Source: Fistulifera solaris (lineage: Eukaryota). From it: a stretch of 64,000 bases of DNA. Positions 1 to 12,560 of this stretch are shown piece after piece. The stretch lies in NCBI GenBank assembly GCA_030295235.1, contig AP026123.1, positions 868,001 to 932,000 of the forward strand, in the 5' to 3' direction. Every line of letters begins with the position of its first letter. Position 1 is the first letter of the stretch. The position numbers and the translations under genes were made by a program. Below the pieces are notes generated by a model. The model saw nothing but the letters and a program-made list of their open reading frames with translations, made no database searches and was not told the origin of the DNA.

Positions 1-916
1 CCTAGGCCGCTTAAGAAACAAAAAGTTCCGAAACAAAAAGAAGACGTTGTGCGCATTCCTATGAAAACGGGAATCCTCTTGCTTTACAGAGGGGTAAATC
101 GACGAGCTGAATTTGTTCGTAAGGCCTAGCACTCTATTTACCCTTTTACTGACAAAGCTAGTAAGCTCTCGAACATTATAGTGATCGTCATCTGTTAAAA
201 GCGTCGACAAATATTTGCTCGCTCGCTGTACCCAAATGAATGAACAAAGAAGAAAAGATCTTTTTATGAGTCGAACTAGATTGCAGAGCCTTCACTGGGC
301 ACTCTTTGAGACTAACTTTCTTTATTAAGTCAGATTCCTTTGTTTAGCCGATTGGTAGCATGTCTATTTACTGTTAGTTGAACAAAAATAATGAGAATGA
401 GCAATGAGCCCACAGCTAAAAGTGTTTGAGTCTTAACGGTTTCTACTTCGATACACGGGCCTCGGCCTCGGGCCGGCCAACGGTCACAACCGTCTTTCGT
501 TAAAGCCTCGGGCCTGCCCAACTCCAATGAGCGACTCATGTATACACATTGAAAGACTCTTCAGTCGTCGGCAACGCAAGGGGCATAGGTCAACGTAAAG
601 CATTCCATAACCACATCAAAGACGTTGAAGCAAACGCGATGATACATTTAGGAGTTTCAACTTCCACAGCATCTGATGTTTTTGATGCCAAAGCACACTC
701 ATTTTTCGCCAAACCCAAAATATCCTTCTTTCATAAAGATCCAACCCGAACCATCTTTCAAATTCAGTAAAAAGATTTCACTTGGAAGCAGTGGTAAGCG
801 CTAACACTGAAGACTGAAGCGCTTGAAGCTGATATCATTGATCAGTGATCACATATGCTTTCGAACGTGCCGGCGCTGCCACGTGAATAGTCGATATTCC
901 TTGTTGACTGCGGACA

Positions 917-2861
917 ATGGTTGTTGATAACAACAGTAGATGGGTTGCATTTGAAGATCTTCGTACTCCCGTCGAAGTGAGATCTGTAATTACAGAGCGT
1001 AAATTCAGTGCTTCTCAACAGAATAATTCTCAGGGGCAATCTTGGAATAAGGCTTACGAGGAATCTGCAAATATATCGATATCCCGACAAGGATCGCGCC
1101 TCTCGAACGATGGTTTGCCACCCAGCAGCCGCTTCTCTGCAACTGCTGACCGTTCTACGAAAAGGTCTAGCGGTCGCCAACGCGATCAGATGATTCTTTC
1201 TCGCCAAGAAAGCAACATGTCTAGGCGCAGTATAATGTCCGATGAGCGTGAAAAAGCAAGACCTGTTGCCGTGCAATATCGAACAGTAATTTACCCCACT
1301 GCAAGTATGGATGGAGCTTCTTCTCAAACGTCCGCATTTTCTTCAGTGAGGGGACGAAATCAGGAGCAATCTCATATAAATATGCAGCAAGTGCCTACAA
1401 TAGGACGTAGCAGAGGACGCAGTGAGGAACTACGTCCGACAGATCCATCGCTTCACCATCATAAGCGTTCTTTGAGCCGTGCTCGGTCGACTACTTCCGC
1501 TAGATCCTCGACTGTGATTCACACGAAGCAAAGCCGAGAAAGATCTTCAAGTCGGTCGCGGCTTCCTCCTACCTCAGCGAGTGCTCGTCAAAGAGCATTA
1601 TCACGATCACAAAGCTTAACGCGTGTTACTAGTCCGTCGTCATTCGCAAGTCGAAATGAGTCGATGTCAGCGACAGGTCGAAACAGTAGCAGACCGCCTT
1701 CCTCGACTTCGTATTGTCCGAATAATTCACCAATCACCATTGCAGATCTGAACATAGGAGGGGACTCCAGTTCGGCAATTGAAAGCAGCAAGCTATCACA
1801 ACGAACACGATCCTTGGGAAAGTTTTTCGGTGTCCAGGGAAGACAATCTAGCAATACAGATCTGGATCGTCGAATCCGTCCACGAACACTTTTGGCAGCA
1901 ACAGTCTATCACAACGCAGCGACTAACCTTTGGATCACTACTATTAACACCAACCAACGTGGGGTAGCGAAGGATCCTAATTTGGCCAATAAATACTTGA
2001 AGGCTTTCTCCTTCCATTCGGAGCATGAAGCTCGGGAGTCAGCTATTGCAAATGCCCCACCGAAAATGGTTCCACTTAGCGACTCTCCGTCTTGCTTCAT
2101 GTGCGAAGGGAAGTTCAATGTGTTTCGCCGTCCGTGTCACTGTCGAAACTGTGGTGTTTGCGTTTGCAAAGACTGTTCTACAAGCTGGTCGGCAAAACAA
2201 ATTCCCGATACTTACAATCTCAAAAACAAGACCTCCGTGAAGATTTGCAAAGGCTGCGATACTCTCAGTTCCAAATTCAAGGAGGCTCTCCTTGCGGGAA
2301 ATCTGGAAGATGCGATTGCCATCTATATCTCTGGCAACGTCAATCTAAGAACCCCCTTTCCGGAGCGCAACAAGAAAGGAGAGCTCATTTACCCCGTCAT
2401 GTGCGCCGTACAAGGTGGTAATCTCGACGTTGTGCGCTGGCTCATAGAGGATCATTTTTGTCCTATCAAACAGATTCAGCAGACTGGATTAGGTAGAATG
2501 GCAAAGCGGGGAGAGGGCGCTTTGATCACGACATCCAAAGGGAGAACGGTTCTCAGTATCGCCTTGGAAGGTCTACAGATTGATATTTTGAGATATTTTG
2601 TCGTCGATTGTCGAATGTCGCTTCATGGAGTAGCAGACTTGAAAACAGTACTCAAGGCTCTGGAAGCTACCCTTCATTCTCTTCCCTCGTCCGGGGGATC
2701 AAAGTCGAGCACTTGTAGATGATGGCTTCCAATTTGTCAAATGGGATAAAGCGAGCTTTGATGCATTGTCAGAACCAAGCAGTTTGGGAACGGAGGACTA
2801 CGCCGAGAATGACTCAATTGCCATGAAGTCGTATCGGGCTCGCGGAAATCGCAGTGATTCT
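917..2861 (+). CDS. Atypical FYVE-domain protein with ankyrin-like helical region (paralog 1); 3' end frameshifted and apparently lacking the RING exon
   Basis: ORF 917-2722 has CFMC..RRPCHCRNCG.CVC..C...ICKGC zinc ligands, then YPVMCAVQGGNLDVVRWLI and TSKGRTVLSIAL ankyrin-like segments. Protein-like reading continues in another frame (DGFQFVKWDKASFD...RSDS) to a GTACGC donor-like site at 2862. Confidence 0.75.
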
Positions 2862-3387
2862 GTACGCATCCCCAAGAAAACATTTCCCACCGTCATTGAT
2901 GTCCTTCGGCAACAAAACTAGAAAGTTCGGGATAAATCTTTCTGTTCATTAGATCCATGTCAGCTTGCCATGCCTGTTGCAACGGCGGTGGAGTTTTCAA
3001 ACCAGTCCTCGACCAGATGTCTGCTTCCTTAGCCTCGGTTGCTTTGAAGTTTCTCAATCATACATCACATAACCTTTTATAACCTATTCATAATTCTTCG
3101 TGGCGCTTGAAAATAAAATGTGCGCTTATGGAGAGCTTTTTAGACCCTACGGAGTATTTATTTTTATACGGAGTAAAGCCAGGTCCTACAGAAATTCTGG
3201 ATTGAATTGGTGTTTATGGTCATACAGACATACAGACATTCTGTGTGAATTCCAGAAATTCTGGAACAGGTTGTCTTGTTCACACAAGGGTCACAGTCAC
3301 ACGTCACACAGAAAGTTCAGTGCATGTTCCAGAATTTCTGAAGAATGGTGGCTTTGGAACTTACAGAATATCTGTAGGATTACCAGA

Positions 3388-4044
3388 ACGCGAAAAACGA
3401 TGTGATCGGAATTGCCCAGTATCCGGGTTGCCCCTCTGTTGATAAATTTCCCTACGAGAGGCTACGCGAAATCAACGTAAACTTTCGAAGCGTCGTATCA
3501 TTCGTTCCATTCACTGTTTTTTTTTCAAATCGATGACGCTTATCGCTTCCTGATACGAAGCAAATACGGTGGACAAGGAAACATTGACATCTGAATGCTG
3601 TAGATCCAATAAATGATGGACGATGCCGAAATAAGCAATATCCGGGTACCCCTACAGAGATAAATTTCCTACGGCGGCTACGTAAAATACGCGTAGACAC
3701 TGGAAGCGTTGTTTCTTTGTACTGCTTCATGTTTTCGTGTCAAATCAAATCTGATTGTTGTTTCATGGCATGCATTAGCGATGTTGGCTAAATTTGTTTA
3801 TTGACACTGGTGTCCAAAAGACGCGAAAAACGATGTGATCGGAATTGCCCAGTATCCGGGTTGCCCCTCTGTTGATAAATTTCCCTACGAGAGGCTACGC
3901 GAAATCAACGTAAACTTTCGAAGCGTCGTATCATTCGTTCCATTCACTGTTTTTTTTCAAATCGATGACGCTTATCGCTTCCTGATACGAAGCAAATACG
4001 GTGGACAAGGAAACATTGACATCTGAATGCTGTAGATCCAATAA
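3388..4044. repeat. ~217-bp tandem repeat (A-B-A' arrangement)
   Basis: 3388-3612 is near-identical to 3821-4044. The core TCCGGGT..CCC..GATAAATTTCC.TACG..GGCTACG recurs at 3422, 3641 and 3855. Confidence 0.9.
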
Positions 4045-4289
4045 CTGGATGATGCCGAAAAGCACAATACCAGGTATGTGCTTTCCAGAATTTCTGGAAT
4101 CCGGAAACGGTACTCAACTACAGGCTATTGGATACTTGAATACCGATGCGTTTTTGCACCTAATGATTATTGCCAGAAAACGATGGAGTGGGATGAACAA
4201 ATAAATAATGGAGATCTATTTTTCAAACTAATCTATTAGTCAAATGTATGAGCGAGAGATGAGGCGCAACCTATTCCTTTAATAAGAGA

Positions 4290-7200
4290 ATGTCGTCGAG
4301 AGAAGAGGCAGACCGGGCTGGGGAGCACAGAGACGTTGACGGGCACGATAATCTCCTAGTAGCAGTTGGATTTCCCATTGACTCGGAAGTGAATTCCAGT
4401 GCATGTTCTCAAGGAACTGCAACTTTCGTATCGAGTAGAGAAACCAACACTGTGGCTGATTTGAACACAAGGTATCAGGGCACTCCGTTTGTGCATCATA
4501 GTGGTGAATACGAGGAGATCTACGCTGTTAGCACAGTCATTGAAGAAGAGAAGACTGAAATTGTAGCATTAGCCTCTACGCAAATAGGTACATTCGATCA
4601 ACCCGCTGCGTCTGTTGCTGTAATCGACACTGGCGAAGCAGATCTTAATGAAGATGAGCTGCTAACAAGAGAGTTAAAACGAGCAGCGTATGGAGGCTAC
4701 TATGCAAGAGATACGACGGACGATCATGATTTTCACCGCACATCCTTTCCACCCGAGGCAACAATTGTAGCGATCGGTGATCATCAGGACGCAGATTCGA
4801 CACTTGGGGCTGTTCACGCGACATTTGTCGGGCAAGAATACGCTCAGTTGGGCACCGACACGCTCAACAATTCTGAGCTAGATCGAGGGTTTTCACGAAA
4901 TGAATCTGACCGACAAAACATTCCCGACAACGACACAGCAGAAGCTATGGTCATTGATAGTGCTCCGTTTGATTGTCAAGACAATGTACCAGATTGGAAA
5001 GTAAACGGAGAAGCGAGAGTGATGAGCGATGAAAGTTCCTTGTTGACCTATGCCGGAAATAAGTTGTCAGTAAACGAATCGGAAGTCTACCCGTCTTTTA
5101 ATTCGGGTCAAGTATTGGAAAGTCCATCTGTTGTATCAAATGCCGAAACGAGAAACGTCAATGAACATCTGACTGCTAGTCAAGAAGCAGAAGTATTGGG
5201 ATTTCGAGAAATCCACCCGAGTGAGTTTCCGCACGAAACGACACATGCGGAGCTCATCTCGCATGGTTCATCGGTTACTGCCGCTGAGGCTCTGGTGATC
5301 GATAGCGATTACATGCATCACAATATAGCGCACATTGGGGATGGTACAATAGGAGAAACGCATGACGGTCAACAAGCTGAAGTTTTGGGTATTCAGGAGG
5401 ATGTTCATCCAAACGAGTTTCCAAGCGAGACACATGCGCATTTCGTTGGACAAGTAACAGAAACGCAGTCAGCATCGTTTGAGAGATTCAGTTCTGCAGG
5501 TGTGGATCCAGGTCATTTACACGGCGCGGCGAGAGAGCTCACCTTGAATGAAGCAGAATTTAACCGAACGACGACGCTTAACACTGATACGCGCTTCGAA
5601 ACGCCTTTAAGGGAGACTGCCGCGAGTGTGCCCATGGAAGCAGCAGAGTCTTCTTTTGTTTCACCAAATGATGCAACTGTTTTGCCTTTCGCATCGATGC
5701 CCATCGAAGAGTACACAGACGAAGCTGTTGTTCTTTGTATTTCAACCGGTGAGGAACGCGCTTCGGCATGGCCTGATAAAGTGCCCGTTAATCATTTCAG
5801 CGATCTAGATGAAGTCATACAAGCAGAGGTTTACCAAACCCCTACAAGATCAATAAATCACAGTATCAACCAATCTGATGTTCCGGAATTCGCCTCTGGA
5901 GGGCCATCGTCGTCGCAACGTGCCGCAATGCAACAGGCAAGTTAACCCGATTGACTTTTACAACAAGATGCCTAATGGTGGCTCACTGACTTTGTCTTTA
6001 TTTCAGATCACGCATTCTTTAGCCAGAGGTACTGCGAACGTCATTGGGAATCTTTTCGGGGATACGAAACCTTCTTTTGGCGGAAGACGCCGGTCTGGAG
6101 AAACTGACAATGTTGATGCTGTTGTGCCCCGAACTCTCCTTCCGTGGTCGGTTATTCCAAATTCGGCTACAAATACGGTAAGTCTACGTGCGGAGCTTAC
6201 GACATGGTGTTCGAAGTTGAACATGCTTTTAACGTGAGTTCGACACAGTGGACAACCACAATACAGACGAATCAGAACGCACTGGACAGAAACGATCGTA
6301 TGAGCATAGCGGAAGCGAATAAATCACTTCGAGCATTCGTTCTGCCGACGGAAGAAGCAGCCGTGGCATTTGCACGAGCATGGACTGTAAGTACCTAAGA
6401 ATTTTGTTCTGAAAAAACATCGTGTCTGACGTTGGTTCTTTAATTGTAGCCACCCAGAATGAAAGAAAAAGGCCCAAATTGTCACATTTGCAACTCTAAG
6501 TTTGCGCTGCTGCGTCGTCCTTGTCACTGTCGAAACTGTGGTGTGGTTGTCTGCAAGGAGTGCTCCGTAAACTGGCCTTCAAAAATGATTCCCGATACCT
6601 ACAACATCAAGAAAGAGAGTTCAGTCAATGTCTGTCGTTCATGTGATTGGTTGAGCAGTAACTTCCGCCTTGCTCTTTTGCAAGGAAATCAAGACAGAGC
6701 AGTCGCACTTCACGCAACCGGCAATATTAATTTACATGCTCCATTCGGTAATGTAAAGGGTGAGCTCCTTTACCCCGTTCATTCGGCTGTTCTCGGTGGA
6801 AGTCTCCCTCTTTTGAAATGGTTAGTGGACGAGAATAGCTGTCCTATCAAATCACTCCGAGTGAGTGGAAGTCGTGAGTATGGGGGTAGTTACATTCCCA
6901 TTGTAACTTCGAAAGGTCGTTCTCTGCTCGGTATTGCGTTAGAAAACCGAAACGTTGATATTGTCCGATACTTGATTGTTGAAAAAGGAGTCGCGCTCGC
7001 ATCCGAAAAAGACATTACATTTGAAATGCTCCTCAGGAATCTCGACCGCGTTTTGCATCTTCTTCCGGAAGATGTCGGTTCGAGTCAACCAGACGAGAGT
7101 GTACTACTTGATCTTTCTGATAATACTTCCCCTGACCCCGTTTCACGCCATGAGTTTAATGAAATGCAAAATCGAACAATCAGTGACGAGGCTCGCGATC

Positions 7201-7472
7201 TCGGTGCCATTCCCCAGACCGCAGAAATGCAAGATGCTTGTAAGTATTCATTGCGAGATCGTTCAACATACCGTGTTGTCATTTTCTCTATAACCTCTCC
7301 TCACCGAAGAACCCTTGTTCACCTCGAAGGCATAATTTGTTGTGATAGCAAGATTGATTGCGTGGCGACTCCTTGTGGACATCAAGTTTGCTGTTTAAAG
7401 TGCTCGCAGCAAATAACGCGGTGTCCTGTTTGTTCCTCCGACTGCACATTCATGCGTGTGTTCAAACCCTAA
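4290..7472 (+). CDS. FYVE + ankyrin-like + C3HC4 RING protein with long acidic N-terminus (paralog 2), 5 exons
   Basis: Predicted introns 5937-6006 (GC-AG), 6178-6248, 6387-6449 and 7240-7329 join ORFs 4290, 5878, 6144 and 6459. Motifs are RRPCHCRNCG and CIICC..IDCV.TPCGHQVCC..C....CPVC. Confidence 0.85.
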
Positions 7473-7628
7473 ACCTCGCTTATTCTGGCGACTAATGTTC
7501 TGTTGAATAAAGAATATCAAAACTGTTATTGTGTATTATTGTTCTATAGGGGCGCTTTGAGGGTCGATCGTCGAATGAGTATAGCGATCACATCGCGCCT
7601 TGTTTATTTTGACTGACCACACTGATCG

Positions 7629-8947
7629 TTACTGACGAAATACCTTGAGTGCGGAACAGTCTGTTTTGCAAAGAGGACATTGTTTTAGCTGTTGACCGCA
7701 AGTGATGCAACACATTTGATGGCCGCACGGAGTAAGGACGCAATCCATGGACTGTTCGCAACAAAGACAGCACAAGTCTTCGATGCAGGTCGACGTTTCT
7801 TCGACGCTCCCGTCCACCGGAATATCTACCGCTTTCGTAGGAAGTGCGCTGTCGAGAGGATAGCCTGCTTTCAATATAGCTTCCAATGTTTTTCGGGACG
7901 AGCGCAGGGTTCTTGACATCAGTTAATGTCAATCCTTTGCGAATGAGAAAAACGAGAATATCCAATTTGGGTCGCAATCCGGTCATGGCCAAATCGAGAA
8001 GTGTACGGCCCGCCGAAGTCTGCACACTGAGCATACTTCCGGTCTTTGGATCGGTCCGTACCGAGATGGGACACAGCTGTACGTCTACCAGCCACCGAAC
8101 CAATTCGAACGATCCTCCCATTACTGCCGTGTGAATCGGAAACATGGCTTCCTCCCGGATATCAGCAAACGAAGTTCGAAGGTTGACGTTGCCCTACGTG
8201 TAAGAAAGGATAGAAAAGAAAGTAATGCCGAAACGATCCGTCAGAATGCAATTTCACGGGAGAAACAGATTCGAAACTCCGGGTCTTACGCACCGTTTGA
8301 AACAGTGTCTGAGCTTCCGCGAAACGGCCTTTCAAAAGCGACATGCAAAACGCGTTGCTCAACCAATCACAACTCTTACACACTCGCTGCGTCAAAGCTG
8401 CGCTGCTCGAGTACGTTTTCGGGACCATGCGAGCGCCCCACCGCACCGAGCACTTGTCGCAGACCGAGGCGCCGCAATTGCGGCAATGTCGAACGGTCGG
8501 ATTCGGATGAGTTGCGCAGATCTCACAGACGGTACTCGAACTCATTTTGGGAGGCGCGTAGGATTTACAAAAGGTGCGGGCTTCTTTCTCGGTGGCAAAA
8601 GGAAATTGAATGTGTCGAATCTTTTCGGGATTTTGTTGATCCGGACGACTGATTGTCGCGATCCAGTTCTGTGTCGTTAGACTTCGATGCACCGACCATT
8701 GCGCCAACGTTCGCTTTATTATTTTATAGCGGTGCATCAAGGACAAGTCAAAGTCTGACTGCGGCTCGGCTGCCGCCACTTGTGGGGAACGAACTTTCAT
8801 AGTTACTTCGCAATTGAATGTTTGTTTGTTGATAATGTATTCATTGGGGTCTTTTTTGGAAGAAATAGTAGAGGCGCGGAGATTGGTGGGAGATGCGAGA
8901 TGCATGCAACCTTGCATGCCTGTTTCGTGTGCACCATTTCTTTTCAT
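7629..8947 (-). CDS. FYVE-like + ankyrin-like + RING protein (paralog 3)
   Basis: ORFs 8162-8947, 7588-8145 and 7629-7919 are joined by one intron and one homopolymer frameshift (~7890). Motifs are RHCRNCG..VC..C, FPIHTAVMGGSFELVRWLV and CCLCC..MDCVLTPCGHQMCC..C....CPLC. Confidence 0.82.
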
Positions 8948-9354
8948 TGTAGCCTGGATAGTAGGATTGCATTCTCATTTCGGATGTGTCGGATGCTTCC
9001 GAGCTTACTGTAAAGAAAATAGTAGACGCCATAACCGTTTCCTTTTTGCTGCCGCCATCCGGCATCGAAAAACCGGAACACTTGAATCTTCCGGTAGTTT
9101 CGGTACGACATCAAGCTATAGATGATGAAGTACCCGGTAGGCTACAATTTATTGAGGTGACCTTTGACGTCAAATACGTCTACCAGTACGTCGTCAGGAT
9201 CCGGGATTCACATCTTTCGCGTCCACGAAAAAATGACATTGCAACGCAAAGCGAAAAGCGACAACTAAGATAGATAGAATCAAGTCAATCATTGTTTATA
9301 AATACATTTCAAACGTACGAGAAGCCAAGCTAACCTTCCAAGTACACAATCGCA

Positions 9355-10506
9355 ATGGCAAGTAAGGTTTATCTTCCGAGCGACGGAGAGAAACTCCCCC
9401 TACTCGCTCCTACAGCGCAGCCGCAGATGGGGACACCCAAAATGATCGTACCACGCAAAGCCGTATCCGATAAATTAAAGCCCGCTGCACTCGATGCGAA
9501 TCGCAACAAGTTCCAGAAACAGTCACAACCGCGTAAGGCTATTGCTCAATTCCGCAAAAAGACGCGACAGCAATTACCGACCTGGGCCGGTCGTGTCACC
9601 GTTCATTTGCACGTGGACGAAATTGACATTGAAAAGGTCACCGAAGCGTTTCGACAAAGAGATGGCTGGAATGCCATTGATCATTTTGAAGTTTGCCGGA
9701 TATGGCAAACTGAACCGCCCTACATTGGACACGAGACGTTGGGAACCATGTCCGACTGGCCCATGTCGGATGAGGAAGCCGTCGACAATGGTCACATCGC
9801 TGTAGATATGACGACGGCCATGCCGGAACTCTATTTGTTCAGTTTCGGCGCCGCCGTCTTCTGGAATTTCCCGAGCGATGAGTACGAGAAAGAATGGATG
9901 ACAAAACATTTGTTGGAAGACTTGTCCGACTATTGCGGCGATTCGTATTCGGATGCGGAAATCGAGAGCGCGCAAGACTCGATTTCCTTTCAGTACGGTG
10001 ACAAGTATTCCATCAAGCGCGATGTCTGCGTTTTGTCCACGCGGGATAGTGGGGAGAAACTGGCGGTATCGTTCGCCTTGGCTAAAAGCTCCCTTCTGAG
10101 TCTTTATGAACTCCGCGTTCAACAAGTCATTGAGCGCAATTCGCATATTCCGGAAGCCATGGTACAGAACGGGCGTATTCATATGTCAACCAGAGAGATG
10201 TCTCGTGAAATCGGCAGGCTCTTTTTAGTGAAACACGGGATCAATTTGGATCAGAGTTTGATTGACACTCCCGAAGAATTCTGGGAAGATGATCGTTTTG
10301 AACCTTACTATGATGTCACACTCAAATACTTTGAAATTAGTAAGCGACTCTCTTTGGTCAACAACCGCCTCGATATGATTGGAGAACTGCACAATAAGAT
10401 TATGGAGGAGAATCACACGCATCACGCCGTCATTTTGGAATGGATCATTATCTTGTTGATCGTCGTCGAGGTTGTTTTAGACCTGTTGCATTTGGGGTTC
10501 TACTAA
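9355..10506 (+). CDS. RMD1/RMND1-like DUF155 protein
   Basis: Intact 383-aa ORF with FSFGAAVFWN, KLAVSFALAKS, DTPEEFWE, RLSLVNNRLD and C-terminal LEWIIILLIVVEV, typical of the Rmd1/DUF155 family. Confidence 0.88.
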   Translation: MASKVYLPSDGEKLPLLAPTAQPQMGTPKMIVPRKAVSDKLKPAALDANRNKFQKQSQPRKAIAQFRKKTRQQLPTWAGRVTVHLHVDEIDIEKVTEAFRQRDGWNAIDHFEVCRIWQTEPPYIGHETLGTMSDWPMSDEEAVDNGHIAVDMTTAMPELYLFSFGAAVFWNFPSDEYEKEWMTKHLLEDLSDYCGDSYSDAEIESAQDSISFQYGDKYSIKRDVCVLSTRDSGEKLAVSFALAKSSLLSLYELRVQQVIERNSHIPEAMVQNGRIHMSTREMSREIGRLFLVKHGINLDQSLIDTPEEFWEDDRFEPYYDVTLKYFEISKRLSLVNNRLDMIGELHNKIMEENHTHHAVILEWIIILLIVVEVVLDLLHLGFY

Positions 10507-10725
10507 AACATTTCTTAGTAAGAAGAGAAACGAAGAAGCATTGTGATTTGAGCGAAAAGTAGGCAGCCCGGATTCATAAGAATAAAGTGTTACATAGCAA
10601 TTACTTTCTCTTTCGCTCTTGGCCAACGATACAACATCAATTATGCAAGTAAACTGTCGATTGGTACATAGAAAAAACGACGGGGCAGGTCATGCTCACG
10701 TCCATAAAGTAGGCTTCCTCGCAAG

Positions 10726-12560
10726 TTATACTATGGAGGCTGGTTTGTAGTGATATGCACTTTCCAGATCAGTTGTCTTCTTATTGTCTAAATCAGGCTT
10801 TTCGTTCGAAGGGGGTGCATCAAATGCTACTGTGACATTACGCGAAACAAAGCCGTAAATGTAATGGTTCTCTGCGATCATACGTTGTTAGTGAAATAGC
10901 AAGAAAGGAACAAAGCGACATATTTGGCAAGTATCCGTACTTACCAAAGTAGTGGAAAGTTCCTCTGAGTTCTTTCGTTTTATACCATTCCTCCATGTAA
11001 TCGTCCTCGTTTACGTCCATAGTGACCTGCAGATACCGAAGTAGGCTTTCGGTAGCACCACCCATGCCGATGATAGTTCCTAGAACTATTACAACCGTTG
11101 CAGCAATAAACTCGTCACAGTGTCCCAAGATATCCGGAAAGTCCCGAACACATGCGTACGCCACAGCACCTCTTAGCCCGGCAAACCATAAAACATGCAT
11201 CATATTGCGGCTAATCTGTTTATCCTTTCTCCGTAAAGGGGTTTTGCGCGCTTTAAAATCTTGCTTTCTTTCGAGACTAGGAGATCCGCTTGAACTTGCG
11301 TATACGTCAGGCGACTCAATTGCTCGGCCAGAGGTTGGACCAGGTTGTGCATTTGCGTCCGCAAAGAGGCTATCTTCCAGATGCAACACTTCTACTCGCT
11401 CTTTCAACGTGAAATTATGGAGAATAGCCAGTGGGTAAATTCCAATGGCTCGTCCAAGCAGGGCCGCAGCGAATGCCCAGAAGATAAATTTCCATTGAAA
11501 ACTTGAGGCTAGACCGAAAACACTTAATCCGAGCTCAAGAAAGATGACAGTTTCCGCCAAATACGCACACACCTTGAAGATTGACGCTGCGCTGTTCACT
11601 GTAGACTCGGATATATTGGGAGTGACGTATCGTCGAGCCGATATACCGCAAAAGAAAATGGTCACGATCCCGCTCAAATGTAAACATTCAGCTGCAATGA
11701 ACGGGACATAAAGCAGCAGAACGAGGTACAGTGGTAGTTCGAGATTCGGAAGTTCTCGGAAATCCAAGTGTTTAAAAATGAGGGCAGCAGCGAAGCCAAA
11801 CAAGATACCGAGACTCGGTGATCCAATTCCTTCGATTATTACATCTCGTATGAACAAAGCTGCAGCTTTCGCGTAAGTGAACGACTCTCTCCCGTCCAAG
11901 TTTTCAGTCAAACTAGCAAACGTTTTGAAAAGAACCAACGCCACGGCATCATTGAGGGCACTCTCTCCGAAGACCAAGTAAAACAGATGAGGATCCACTC
12001 GTTTCTTTTGAAACACTGCGAGCACGCTGACAGTGTCGGTGGCAGCAATCAAACTGCCGAATGTAAGGAGCTCTAAAAGAGTTGGATTGAAGTCTCCCAT
12101 CCAACCAAGTTTCAAGACACCGTAAGAGAGAATCCGGCGGTTAGCGCCGAGAGTAGCGTCCCCAAACATGCGAACATCACAATCGGTCTAATGTGCCGGT
12201 AGAAAAGTTCCCTTCGTAGTTGATAACCCGAGTTGACGAGGATGGGTGGCAGAAGGGCCATGAAAAAATGTTGGGGCTGAAAGAGAGTAAACTTGTGGCG
12301 ACACGATACATGTCTTCATGCATTTCGTCGGCACCACCCGCCATATAAGTTTGATCATTTCTGTATTGAACAAAATTGTGCGCGAAAAATCCGGTGATCA
12401 AGCCGACTGTCAAAACAAGTGAAGCTTCCGAGAAAACAGAGTTGAGAGCGGGAAAGCCGTGTAACAATCGACTGAGAATAATAACCAAGGCTAGCAAAGC
12501 AGAGAATAGAACGAAGTAAAGCGAGACATCGTCTCTCCGATCTTCTGATTCATATGACAT
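10726..12560 (-). CDS. Na+/H+ exchanger (CPA1, NHX/NHE8-like)
   Basis: Motifs FGSLIAATDTVSVL, LVFGESALNDAVA and WFAGLRGAVAY. N-terminal ORF 12177-12560 is frameshifted at ~12262. There is a final intron near 10880-10944, and the last exon ends ...KPASIV*. Confidence 0.88.

Noticed and set aside
1..900. Possible decayed minus-strand gene (…NAHNVFFLFRNF…)
   Set aside because: Only short protein-like fragments with stops, so no family can be assigned.
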